Made by a program: the position numbers and the translations under genes
The notes under the pieces: model-generated
Database searches by the model: none
What the model was told of the DNA's origin: nothing
What the model saw: the letters and a program-made list of their open reading frames with translations, nothing else
Origin: an uncultured virus (IMG/VR IMGVR_UViG_3300017989_000061)
Taxonomy: Duplodnaviria > Heunggongvirae > Uroviricota > Caudoviricetes
Length of the DNA: 64,000 nucleotides
Direction: 5' to 3' (one strand)
IMG/VR virus record: IMGVR_UViG_3300017989_000061
Shown here: positions 39,006-47,613 of the stretch, piece after piece
Numbering within the stretch: position 1 is the first letter of the stretch
Layout: the number at the start of each line of letters is the position of its first letter

Positions 39006-39953
39006 GCAGTAGTCTATGAATTGCAAGGAAAGTTGGAAGGAAGGAAATTCATTAAATCCAACTCTGGATTTAATTCGCTCTGCAATTTGAGGAGTTTTGA
39101 AAAATTCTTCTGGAGCTTCTCTTACGTCTCTTCGATTTAAAACGGTTAATCCTGCATCTTCAATGAATTGATTGTAAGTTGCAATAGGCTTGATGACACC
39201 ACTGTTTGGTTCTTCCAGTTCGGAATGCGGTACCATTTGTCTTAGTTCTGATTCTGTGAAAACAAGATGAACGTAAGCTTTGTTGATATCGTGATAGAGA
39301 TGAGTGGCATGTCGTGATGTAAATGGGTGGCAACGCATGTAGATTTTTCCACCCGGCTTAAGCAGGTTTTTGGCATTGTTGAGAACTTCAACAGGAGTTT
39401 CTTTATTGAGGTGATCAATGACATCAAACATGATAATGACATCATAAGGTCCATTTTGTTTGGTTTCGTCAAATGAATCAGTGATTAAGAAGTCTGGTCT
39501 TTGTTCGAATTTTTCCCAGTTCGGTCTTGATTTTGAATCGTAACCAACAGACATTTCTACTTCATATTCTGTTGCTGTAAAAGCAACATGTCCTTCGCCA
39601 CATCCATAGTCTAATATTTTGAGGCCCTTTAGGTTTTCTTCAACCATTAATTCAAGAATGCCCCTGCTTCTTTCAATTTTATCTTTTTCAGAGTTAGGGT
39701 CGCAAATCAGATTTTTGTTGACAGCTTCAGGCCAATTAGGACTGTTGAGTGCATTTTTTAGCGTTTCAAAATCAGCCGGTTGAACATTTTCCTGTGCTCT
39801 TATTTTTTCCAAAGGTGATTCAACAGCTTCGGCTGCTTGTGTTCTTTCTTCTGATATAAATTGAGCTTCACCGGGTTCAAAAACCGCTCTGAAGTCTTGA
39901 CAAGCTTTAATCATTCCATCTAACCATTTAACGACTTCATCTTCAAGTGCCAT
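38994..39953 (-). CDS. SAM methyltransferase (paralog 3 of 3)
   Basis: WPEAV, LDYGCGEG, FDVIDH, RCHPFTSRHATH. Confidence 0.85.
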   Translation of the reverse strand: MALEDEVVKWLDGMIKACQDFRAVFEPGEAQFISEERTQAAEAVESPLEKIRAQENVQPADFETLKNALNSPNWPEAVNKNLICDPNSEKDKIERSRGILELMVEENLKGLKILDYGCGEGHVAFTATEYEVEMSVGYDSKSRPNWEKFEQRPDFLITDSFDETKQNGPYDVIIMFDVIDHLNKETPVEVLNNAKNLLKPGGKIYMRCHPFTSRHATHLYHDINKAYVHLVFTESELRQMVPHSELEEPNSGVIKPIATYNQFIEDAGLTVLNRRDVREAPEEFFKTPQIAERIKSRVGFNEFPSFQLSLQFIDYCLVN

Positions 39954-39980
39954 TTTACTAACTCCTTACTCTACTATGCC

Positions 39981-40784
39981 ATGGAAACTGCTTTAGTTCT
40001 AAATGTGCATTCTGATTCTAAACTTATATTAGATACGCTCAGCTCCGTTTTGGAAAACGGGATTGAAAAAATTATGATGATAATTGATGGAGCGAGCAGT
40101 GATGAGTTTAAAGAAACACCATTTCCTGTGCCAAAAGTCATAGGATATCCTCATGGGGTGGCACGATCACCATATAAAAACATGGCTTTAGGTCTCAAGT
40201 TGCTTCATGAACAACATCCTGATTGTGAGTGGTATTGTTACGCTGAAGCAGATTGTTTATGGGCTTCTTCGAGGTTTAAAAAGAGCTTGGAATTAGCTTC
40301 ACAACAGGGGATTTGGATGATGGGTACAAATGGTCGAATAGATCATGTTCCAATGCCATTGTTGGAATCTCTTATCAATGAACAATTTCGAAGTGTTTAT
40401 TACATGTTAGGAGCATGTTTGTTTTTTCATAAGGATTTCCTGAACAAACTTGAAGAAATCAATTTCTTTGACAGATTCCTTCATATGACCAGTGATTTTT
40501 CACCGGGTCAGTTTCCTCAGTATGAAGGTTATGACATTAATGAACACATGTACCCGACTCTTGCTAGACATTTTGGAGGAAACATAGGAGTGTTCAGCAC
40601 TTACATGGATGGAGAATGGCATGGTTCTTATAAGGTTTTCCCAATTCGCTGGAAACCTGAACTTGATCCTGAAACAGAGAACTTTGATGAAGCCAGCATT
40701 CTTCATCCAGTCAAAGATGTCAACAATCCAATACGAATTTACCACAGGGAGAAGAGATGCTCTTTAGAGAACCCAGAGTTTTAA
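39981..40784 (+). CDS. Putative glycosyltransferase-like protein
   Basis: IIDG, WYCYAEAD, terminal LHPVK as in Fringe/GT31-like proteins. Confidence 0.55.
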   Translation: METALVLNVHSDSKLILDTLSSVLENGIEKIMMIIDGASSDEFKETPFPVPKVIGYPHGVARSPYKNMALGLKLLHEQHPDCEWYCYAEADCLWASSRFKKSLELASQQGIWMMGTNGRIDHVPMPLLESLINEQFRSVYYMLGACLFFHKDFLNKLEEINFFDRFLHMTSDFSPGQFPQYEGYDINEHMYPTLARHFGGNIGVFSTYMDGEWHGSYKVFPIRWKPELDPETENFDEASILHPVKDVNNPIRIYHREKRCSLENPEF

Positions 40785-41305
40785 GTGTTGTCTTGGATGT
40801 CTCATTGAGGCATGGAAATAACGGCAAGCGTGTGCTCGATGAAGTCAAATCGGATTTGATTAAACACATTAGAAAATTTGATGAAGATGATTTGTTTTAT
40901 CTTTATCATGAACAGGTTGTCGATGTAGTTGAAAGACGAGGAGAACAGGTTCATGCTGTTGCCAGTTATCAAACAGATGGATTTTCTTTTGACATCAATT
41001 ACGCTTTGAAGCAATCTCTTTATGTGGCAGGGGCAGAAGATTATGATGTTGATAAAGCAGTAGTTTTGATTACAGACAGAATGTCAAAATCGACTGTTAA
41101 TGCTTTGAATAAAATTTGCATGTTGAATGAAAAAGATGGTTTAGAATGCGGAATATTTGTTTTCAATGTCGGTGCAAATTTTGACATTGAAGAGGAATGT
41201 GATTTTGTTCTTCATCATTGCCCTGACAAATTATTTGAATTTTTGCAAAAGGAGTTTCCTGATGGTGACGAAGATCAATCAGAAATCGAGAACTTACAAA
41301 CCTAA
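40757..41305 (+). CDS. vWA-like domain protein
   Basis: VVLDVS and VVLITD (degenerate MIDAS). Confidence 0.55.
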   Translation: MLFREPRVLSVVLDVSLRHGNNGKRVLDEVKSDLIKHIRKFDEDDLFYLYHEQVVDVVERRGEQVHAVASYQTDGFSFDINYALKQSLYVAGAEDYDVDKAVVLITDRMSKSTVNALNKICMLNEKDGLECGIFVFNVGANFDIEEECDFVLHHCPDKLFEFLQKEFPDGDEDQSEIENLQT

Positions 41306-42071
41306 ACCTCTTGTTGCTGCTGGTGACTTTTCAAGCAAAGTGGATATTATCATTCCTTTCCATGGGCAATATGAACACTGTACAGCTCTTATTGAAAGCA
41401 TTCTTCGATTAACAAGAACAAACTATTATTGTCTTTGTATTGTCGATGATGCTTCGCCTAATGAAGCTTATATTGAGCGGGTAGAAAAAAATCTGTCACG
41501 CAATCAATCGCCTGCTGTTGAAATTAAGTGCATGCGAAGTGCTGATCAATTAGGATTTGCAGGTGCCGCTAAGGTTGGTTATGAAGCAACAAGTAGTCCA
41601 TATGTGGTTATCATGCATTCTGATTGTGAAGTTGAAGATTTGAATTGGCTTCGAGGAATGGGGGAATCATTGTTGTCGATGAAATCAGAGGGCGTAAGAA
41701 TGGTTTCTGCAAAAACAGATAATCCTCTCAATGGATCAGAAAAACAAAAGGGAGTTAAAGCAGAAGGTGGACTTGATTTGATTTTGGATGACAATGAACA
41801 TCTGTCAATGTATTGTTTTATGGTCCATCGTGAATTGTTTCAGCATACTGGTGGTTTTCTTAAAGCTTATCCATATGGATATTACGAAGACGAAGAGTTT
41901 GCTTATAGAATGCGAAAATATGGTTATAAGCAGGGAGTAAGTGGGAATTCGTGGGTTCATCACAAAGGTGAATTAACGATGAAGTACGTGATGAGAAAAT
42001 ACCCGGAGTCCAGAGGTATTATTGATAACAATCACGACCTGTGTCTTGCAGACATGCAGTCTCTGAAATAA
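41262..42071 (+). CDS. Glycosyltransferase GT2
   Basis: DIIIP, IVDDAS, GFAGA, HSD, YYEDEEF.YR. Confidence 0.9.
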   Translation: MVTKINQKSRTYKPKPLVAAGDFSSKVDIIIPFHGQYEHCTALIESILRLTRTNYYCLCIVDDASPNEAYIERVEKNLSRNQSPAVEIKCMRSADQLGFAGAAKVGYEATSSPYVVIMHSDCEVEDLNWLRGMGESLLSMKSEGVRMVSAKTDNPLNGSEKQKGVKAEGGLDLILDDNEHLSMYCFMVHRELFQHTGGFLKAYPYGYYEDEEFAYRMRKYGYKQGVSGNSWVHHKGELTMKYVMRKYPESRGIIDNNHDLCLADMQSLK

Positions 42072-42126
42072 TCAGATGTTAAGCCTACATAGTTTTAGTT
42101 AAGCTTAACCTGTAAGGAGGACCATT

Positions 42127-42345
42127 ATGGCCGCAGTTACACCTATATCGTCAAACAATTGCGTAGGGAATTACGCAGACGGTACCCCCAACATTCAGCA
42201 GAAATGCTTGAAATCAGATGGCACTACGACATGTGCAACTTGGAGATATTTCCTCGTAACCTGTCCAAAAGTTAATCAGCAGTGTTCGGCACTGAGCGGT
42301 GCATACGTTGCTGCTTCGACCGTATGTCGTCAAGGCTTATTTTAA
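42127..42345 (+). CDS. Small cysteine-rich protein (72 aa, 6 Cys)
   Basis: Strong AAGGAGG SD, upstream CTACATA motif, downstream terminator. Confidence 0.75.
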   Translation: MAAVTPISSNNCVGNYADGTPNIQQKCLKSDGTTTCATWRYFLVTCPKVNQQCSALSGAYVAASTVCRQGLF

Positions 42346-42367
42346 GTCGATTGATTTATGCCAGAAC

Positions 42368-42402
42368 AAAAAGCCTCAGTTGTGCACAACTGAGGCTTTT
42401 TT
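42368..42402. terminator. Bidirectional terminator (perfect 34-bp palindrome)
   Basis: AAAAAGCCTCAGTTGTG|CACAACTGAGGCTTTTT between convergent genes. Confidence 0.85.
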
Positions 42403-42853
42403 AATGGACAATTTTGATTTCGCCCAACAAAGTAATAGGATTGATATCTGCATCACAAGAGTTTTTGGATGTAAAGAGATACTTGCTATCTCTGGGCCTT
42501 CCGCCATTTTTAACACCCATTGTCACGTGTGCACAATATTCATCATCGTTCAATGTGTTGATGGGAATGAGGTCAATGATTGAATCATTTTCGATGTGTG
42601 TAGCATGTGCTTCTGTGATTTCCACGCAACACACCTTGTGATCCCACCAAAGTGCTTCTGCACGAAGAATAGCGTACATTCCAAGAATGTCGGGGTCATT
42701 TAATCTCTCATCAAATTCTCCAAGATTGATAGTCATGTGATGAGGAAGCTGCACTCCATTCACTTCTGACTCAAATCCTTTTTTGAGTAGATGATTGGTG
42801 GCGTTCTTCAGATCGTCTTTTGATTTCTTGTCCAAAACAACTGCTGTATACAT
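42401..42853 (-). CDS. 2H phosphoesterase (RNA-repair type)
   Basis: Two HxT motifs: HHMTINLG and AHVTMG. Confidence 0.75.
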   Translation of the reverse strand: MYTAVVLDKKSKDDLKNATNHLLKKGFESEVNGVQLPHHMTINLGEFDERLNDPDILGMYAILRAEALWWDHKVCCVEITEAHATHIENDSIIDLIPINTLNDDEYCAHVTMGVKNGGRPRDSKYLFTSKNSCDADINPITLLGEIKIVH

Positions 42854-42976
42854 TTTTGACTCCTTGCTTGAGATTCTACAATCAATTTAACTTTTGTGAA
42901 AGCCTCATTTTTGGTTGTAAAATCAGTGCTTTTCATTAAGATTGAATGCCAAATCTCAAATTGGGGGACGATCAGA

Positions 42977-43603
42977 ATGATTTCTGAATTGAATAAAGCT
43001 TACGGCGTTTTGAATGAAAATCTTTTTGAAGGGAATTTACAACCACCATCTTTCAGAGTTGATCTCACTGTTAAACCAGCATTTCGGTATCGTGGCGAAC
43101 GATCACCAGACATCATCATTGGAGCGGGATTTTCTGAAATTTCAGTCAATGGCATCCTTGATGGTCTTTTGCATGTCATGATTCACGTGCGAAATTATGC
43201 TTTGGGCATTGAAGATTGCACGACAAATCAATATCACAAACGAGCCTTTTCAGAAAAGGCACTTGATTTGGGTCTTGCAGTGATGAAGACGCCATCTCGT
43301 GGTTGGGGGGTGACAACTTCTCAACGGTCAGAGTGGCTGAAATTTGAAGAAGTTCGAACTCCGACATCATTGCAGGTACGAAAAAGACATGATGCTTACG
43401 AGAAAGTTCATATAAACCTTGCTACTCTGTCCAAATTCAAAGCAGAGATCAAAGAGAAATTGAATTCTGTCAAGAAAAAACAGTTTCAATTCAAGTATGT
43501 TTGCGAGTGCCCTCCACCTCATAATTCCATTCGATCAGGCAGAAAACACTTGAATGCCGGTTGTAGGGATTGTGGGGCTAAATACAAAATTTCCGACACT
43601 TGA
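42977..43603 (+). CDS. SprT-like protein with degenerate HExxH
   Basis: N..LF.G.L, LLHVMIH, YH...F, C-terminal CxC...CxxC. Confidence 0.7.
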   Translation: MISELNKAYGVLNENLFEGNLQPPSFRVDLTVKPAFRYRGERSPDIIIGAGFSEISVNGILDGLLHVMIHVRNYALGIEDCTTNQYHKRAFSEKALDLGLAVMKTPSRGWGVTTSQRSEWLKFEEVRTPTSLQVRKRHDAYEKVHINLATLSKFKAEIKEKLNSVKKKQFQFKYVCECPPPHNSIRSGRKHLNAGCRDCGAKYKISDT

Positions 43604-43632
43604 TTTACACTTTGTAGATTCTGTCGTATATT
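43604..43632 (+). promoter_or_regulatory. Sigma70-like promoter (TTTACA-17-TATATT)
   Basis: TGTCG immediately before the -10 box. Confidence 0.6.
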
Positions 43633-43656
43633 GGCTTGTGTTGAAGGATTATTGAA

Positions 43657-43902
43657 ATGGCGAATTTCGTAGATCACAAATTGTTTGAGCGTCACGATGA
43701 GCTTGAGTTTAAGAAGTTTTTCGTGATCCAGTTTTTGGCTTCGAAAGAGGCGCAAGAGTATACAGCAAACTGTCAGAATGGTTGGGAAGGTCATGCTCAG
43801 GATCTTGACTATCTAGTTGATGAGGCGAGAAGTCTGGCTGATCAAGCGTGGGAAGCGTGGGATCGAACGATAGGATTCTACCGAAGAAAAAGGGCGACTT
43901 GA
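43657..43902 (+). CDS. Hypothetical protein
   Basis: AAGGA SD; follows the promoter. Confidence 0.65.
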   Translation: MANFVDHKLFERHDELEFKKFFVIQFLASKEAQEYTANCQNGWEGHAQDLDYLVDEARSLADQAWEAWDRTIGFYRRKRAT

Positions 43903-43906
43903 GATT

Positions 43907-44536
43907 ATGCGGATCATTCATGGCCCCAGACCAAAGAGCAAAATTCTTCCAGCACAATTATTGGAATTTGAAAGTTCTGGGGCATGGCTTGCCCAGCGTA
44001 AATTCAATGGAAGAAAAAACACGTTTTGTGTTTCTCGAAATTCTGTTCAATTTTACAACAAAGGCAAAGAATTCAGTCGATATCGACTACCTGCATTTCT
44101 TCGTGATCAAATTTTGAGTCTCAAATTTGTTCAAGGACTGAAACCTGAAGAGCTTTGTTGGTTTGACTCAGAATTACTAGAACCACGTGTGCCAAACACC
44201 ATTGTCATTTACGATGTGTTGCAGGTTAGAGGCAATTACCTGATCGGTGAGCGACAGGAAGATCGACTCGCCGCACTCGGATTGATGCTGGCTGATTCAA
44301 AAGGTCTTCAGTTGTGTGAGTCTGGTGTGGCGTTTCAGGTCACAGAGAATGTTTGGTTGGCCCAGACATTTACTTCCGACTTTACAGATCGCTTCAAAGA
44401 ATTTCTGCATCTTGATTTGATTGAAGGTTTGGTTTTGAGGCGGAAAGACGGCAGGCTTAGGGATTATGGCCATCACGCTTACGTTACCGATACACAAGTC
44501 AGATGTAGAAAGCCTGCGAAGAACTATCGATTTTGA
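43907..44536 (+). CDS. Minimal ATP-dependent ligase/nucleotidyltransferase domain
   Basis: Motif I QRKFNGR, FDSEL, IYDVL, EGLVLR. Confidence 0.75.
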   Translation: MRIIHGPRPKSKILPAQLLEFESSGAWLAQRKFNGRKNTFCVSRNSVQFYNKGKEFSRYRLPAFLRDQILSLKFVQGLKPEELCWFDSELLEPRVPNTIVIYDVLQVRGNYLIGERQEDRLAALGLMLADSKGLQLCESGVAFQVTENVWLAQTFTSDFTDRFKEFLHLDLIEGLVLRRKDGRLRDYGHHAYVTDTQVRCRKPAKNYRF

Positions 44537-44738
44537 TGTTTCTTTCTTGAAAGCAAGAAGGGAGAGGTTGACGGGCTGTATGGGGTTTAGGTAAAACCGA
44601 GATTGGAAATGTCTATCCACTAAAAAGCGAAAGGAGGAACCCGCTCTCTCGGAGAAAAGAGAGTAGTTTGCCCAGACCAGATATGGGCATCTCTGGTGTG
44701 ATTTTGGATTTACTGGGTTTTTCCAGAAAGGAAGCAAA

Positions 44739-46115
44739 ATGGTTGCTCAGACAGCAACAAAGGGGACTTCCCGCAAGAAGTCTTCAACTAAGAATAGGCG
44801 AGCTAAATCAAATGGCAAGCCAGAATCTAACGGCCAATCCATCATTATTGGGAGCGGCCCATACCAACTGATCCCGATTGATCGGATTCAGATCATTGAA
44901 CGTCCCACGGAAGGGGAAGAAACGGATCAGCTTCTCTTCAATCCTCGTTCTCTGGAAAGTTTTGATCCAGAATCTATGTCGGAGTTGAGAAACTCCATCA
45001 AGCAACGAGGTCTTCTGCACCCAATCACTGTGCGGGTGCGAACTGAAGATGAAGAGGTCATTTCAATTGAACTGATTGCCGGTGAACGCCGCTTCCGTTC
45101 AATTAAGATGCTTGTCGAAGCAAATGAGGAAGTCTTCGACAAAGACACCCGTGAGATGGTTCCGGCAACGGAACTGTATCAGCATCTTCCTTGTTGTCCT
45201 CATTACGACATCAGCGATGAAGAAGCCTTCTCTTTGATGTGCGAAGAGAACGGTAAAACAAAACCGTTGACTGTTCGAGAAGAAATTCTCTTGGTTGAAA
45301 GGTTGTTGAGTCGAGGTCTGAAACAGGATGCCATCGCCAAACTTATTGGCGAACAGGGTTCGTGGGTTTCACACACACGAAACTTTGAAAGAGCGCTTCC
45401 CAAAGAGGCTTTCGAGATGTTGCTCGAAGGCAAAATGACCAGAAATGTTGCTGTCAATCTGATTAGCTACCCGGAAGACAAACGGAATGATGTATTCCAG
45501 TCTGCCAAAGCTGCTGAGAAGAAGGCACGACAGAAGAAGTTGGACGCAGCACAGTCTGAACATGATGCCGCAGATGACGCCGAAATTCTGCATCAGTCTG
45601 ATCTGGAACGGGCTGAAGAAGAAGGTGATCAGGCAAAAGTTGACAAGGCTGCAAAAGCTGCAAAATCTGCTCAGGCCAAGAAAGAGCAGGCTGCAAAGAA
45701 GAAAGAGAAAATTGAGAAGAATGCTGGCAATATCACTCAGGGTGATCTTGCAGCAGGTGCTCGCAATGCTCAAATTTCTCCAAAGAAAGCAAAACAGCTT
45801 TCCAAGACTGACCTTGTTCAGTTGATTGTTGATCCTTTGGATGAACACATCAATGAAGGTGAGTATGAAGCAGATTCAGGTGAAACTGTGCCTGAAGACA
45901 TTCTGACCATCATTCGCACAACTGTGGCATGTGTGGCCGAAGGTGTTCGTGATCCAAAACAGATCATCGAACGTGCAATGAGGGCATCTGGTCGTTGGAT
46001 GGATGAAGACGACGAAATTGATGAACTTGAAGATGATGGCGGGCTGGCTGCTGCTGAAGCTGATTTTGAAAGCGATGGCGGATACGAAGAAGAACTGTTT
46101 GATGACGATTTTTAA
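44739..46115 (+). CDS. ParB/Spo0J-like protein with coiled coil and acidic tail
   Basis: NPR, GLLHPITVR, LIAGERRFR, EN, following HTH. Confidence 0.85.
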   Translation: MVAQTATKGTSRKKSSTKNRRAKSNGKPESNGQSIIIGSGPYQLIPIDRIQIIERPTEGEETDQLLFNPRSLESFDPESMSELRNSIKQRGLLHPITVRVRTEDEEVISIELIAGERRFRSIKMLVEANEEVFDKDTREMVPATELYQHLPCCPHYDISDEEAFSLMCEENGKTKPLTVREEILLVERLLSRGLKQDAIAKLIGEQGSWVSHTRNFERALPKEAFEMLLEGKMTRNVAVNLISYPEDKRNDVFQSAKAAEKKARQKKLDAAQSEHDAADDAEILHQSDLERAEEEGDQAKVDKAAKAAKSAQAKKEQAAKKKEKIEKNAGNITQGDLAAGARNAQISPKKAKQLSKTDLVQLIVDPLDEHINEGEYEADSGETVPEDILTIIRTTVACVAEGVRDPKQIIERAMRASGRWMDEDDEIDELEDDGGLAAAEADFESDGGYEEELFDDDF

Positions 46116-46133
46116 TCGTCTTTAAACTCACAT

Positions 46134-46175
46134 AAAAAGGCTCGATGAGGATTACTTCTCATCGGGTCTTTTTTT
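46134..46175. terminator. Bidirectional terminator
   Basis: AAAAAGGCTCGATGAG...CTCATCGGGTCTTTTT between convergent genes. Confidence 0.8.
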
Positions 46176-46361
46176 ATGCATTTTATTGCAAATATCTTCA
46201 TAATCTTTTTTCGTAAGCAACATGCCCTGTTTGTCGAAATGTTCTTTGCACTGTTCGAAACTTGGTGCAACATTTGCCAGATAGCATTGCAACCACTTTC
46301 GTGTTTCATGGCGTTTTTCATTTCTTTCAACAAAGAGTTGTTTGGAGTAACTTCGACTCAT
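46152..46361 (-). CDS. Small hypothetical protein
   Basis: ATGA overlap with the upstream gene. Confidence 0.55.
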   Translation of the reverse strand: MSRSYSKQLFVERNEKRHETRKWLQCYLANVAPSFEQCKEHFDKQGMLLTKKDYEDICNKMHKKRPDEK

Positions 46362-46636
46362 ATTTCTTTCCAGTTTCCTTTGGGATCTACTTCGTATTGT
46401 TGTCTCATAGACATTCCCAGTTTTTCAGTGCCAATTTTTTGGGCTTCACCGGGGTTGTCAATTGTCTGCATATTATCGCCTACTTCCATGTTTTGGATTT
46501 TGGCCTGTTGCTGCATTATTGCTTCTTCAAAATCAGGATTAATTGTAGGGTAACTTAGTTTATTTTGATCAATGGGCTCCAACTCATAAGGTTCTTCACC
46601 ATTCATCGTGCAGTTCATTTGGTAAAAATTCATCAT
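46358..46636 (-). CDS. Hypothetical protein (MMNFYQM start)
   Basis: Start placed at 46636 because the longer ORF overlaps the divergent gene. Confidence 0.6.
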   Translation of the reverse strand: MMNFYQMNCTMNGEEPYELEPIDQNKLSYPTINPDFEEAIMQQQAKIQNMEVGDNMQTIDNPGEAQKIGTEKLGMSMRQQYEVDPKGNWKEI

Positions 46637-46663
46637 GCTATTATGTAGTATGAAGAATACATA

Positions 46664-46984
46664 TTGTATATGATAAATCGATGTCCGCATTGTGGTCACA
46701 CTCTGAAAAATGCCATTCTTGATGGCATCACCAGTTGTGGCCATTGTAACCGTGTGTTTGATGCCAGCCCATTTCATAGGTTGCTCGCCGCAAGTTGGAT
46801 AGTAAGACGCCAAAATTTGGAGTCTGTTGAGGGCTTTATCCAGCTTGGGTACACTAAAGACGAAGCTGAGATGGTCATCCATTTTGTGGCTGACAAATGT
46901 TATTCTCACGAAGATTTCGTCAAAGTGCTAACAGAATTAGGGATATCGAAACAGTATCAAATCTGTATTGACCGAGCTGGTTGA
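46664..46984 (+). CDS. Zn-ribbon hypothetical protein
   Basis: CPHCG...CGHC. Confidence 0.7.
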   Translation: MYMINRCPHCGHTLKNAILDGITSCGHCNRVFDASPFHRLLAASWIVRRQNLESVEGFIQLGYTKDEAEMVIHFVADKCYSHEDFVKVLTELGISKQYQICIDRAG

Positions 46985-47019
46985 TTTCCATAGACTCTTT
47001 TCTTCTAAGGAGGACAAGG

Positions 47020-47571
47020 ATGTCTAAGATTAGACGTATCTGCGTATACGCAGGCCCCGGATCAGGCAAATCAACTTTAGCAGCAGGTCTATTTTCAAAG
47101 TTCAAAATTGCTGGTTATGACATAGAGCACGTTAGCGAATATGTCAAGACTTGGGCTTATCAAGGTTATCAACCTCAGTCTTACGACCAATTGTACATAT
47201 TTGCAAAGCAGGTCCACATGGAAGACGCTGCTTTACGACATGTTGATCGAATAGTCACTGACTGTCCCTTACTGATGTGCTGCACTTACGCCCAATTTTA
47301 TGGGTTCCCAGTACACAAACAGCTAACCGATATTGCTTGTGCTTTCGACGAAGAATTTCCTGCTTTGAATCTTTTGATTGAACGAACAGTTCCATATAAC
47401 GGCAAAGGTCGTTATCAATCAGAAGATCAGGCACATGAATTTGATGAGATTCTTCGAGAAAATATGAAGCTTTGTGCAAATGGTTATGAGACTGTGCGTG
47501 TTGATGATTTTCTAGGAATTGTTGACTTGGTACAGAGGCGAATTGAAGTCGCTGATGCTTTACAGATGTGA
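47020..47571 (+). CDS. P-loop ATPase/kinase (NadR/AAA_28-like)
   Basis: AGPGSGKST, EYVK.W, VTDCPL, GRYQ. Confidence 0.8.
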   Translation: MSKIRRICVYAGPGSGKSTLAAGLFSKFKIAGYDIEHVSEYVKTWAYQGYQPQSYDQLYIFAKQVHMEDAALRHVDRIVTDCPLLMCCTYAQFYGFPVHKQLTDIACAFDEEFPALNLLIERTVPYNGKGRYQSEDQAHEFDEILRENMKLCANGYETVRVDDFLGIVDLVQRRIEVADALQM

Positions 47572-47587
47572 GTTTTTGACGTACATT
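47559..47587 (+). promoter_or_regulatory. Sigma70-like promoter (TTTACA-17-TACATT)
   Basis: TGACG before the -10 box; upstream of prs. Confidence 0.6.
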
Positions 47588-47613
47588 GTTTATACCCAAA
47601 TGGAAGGAAACCC

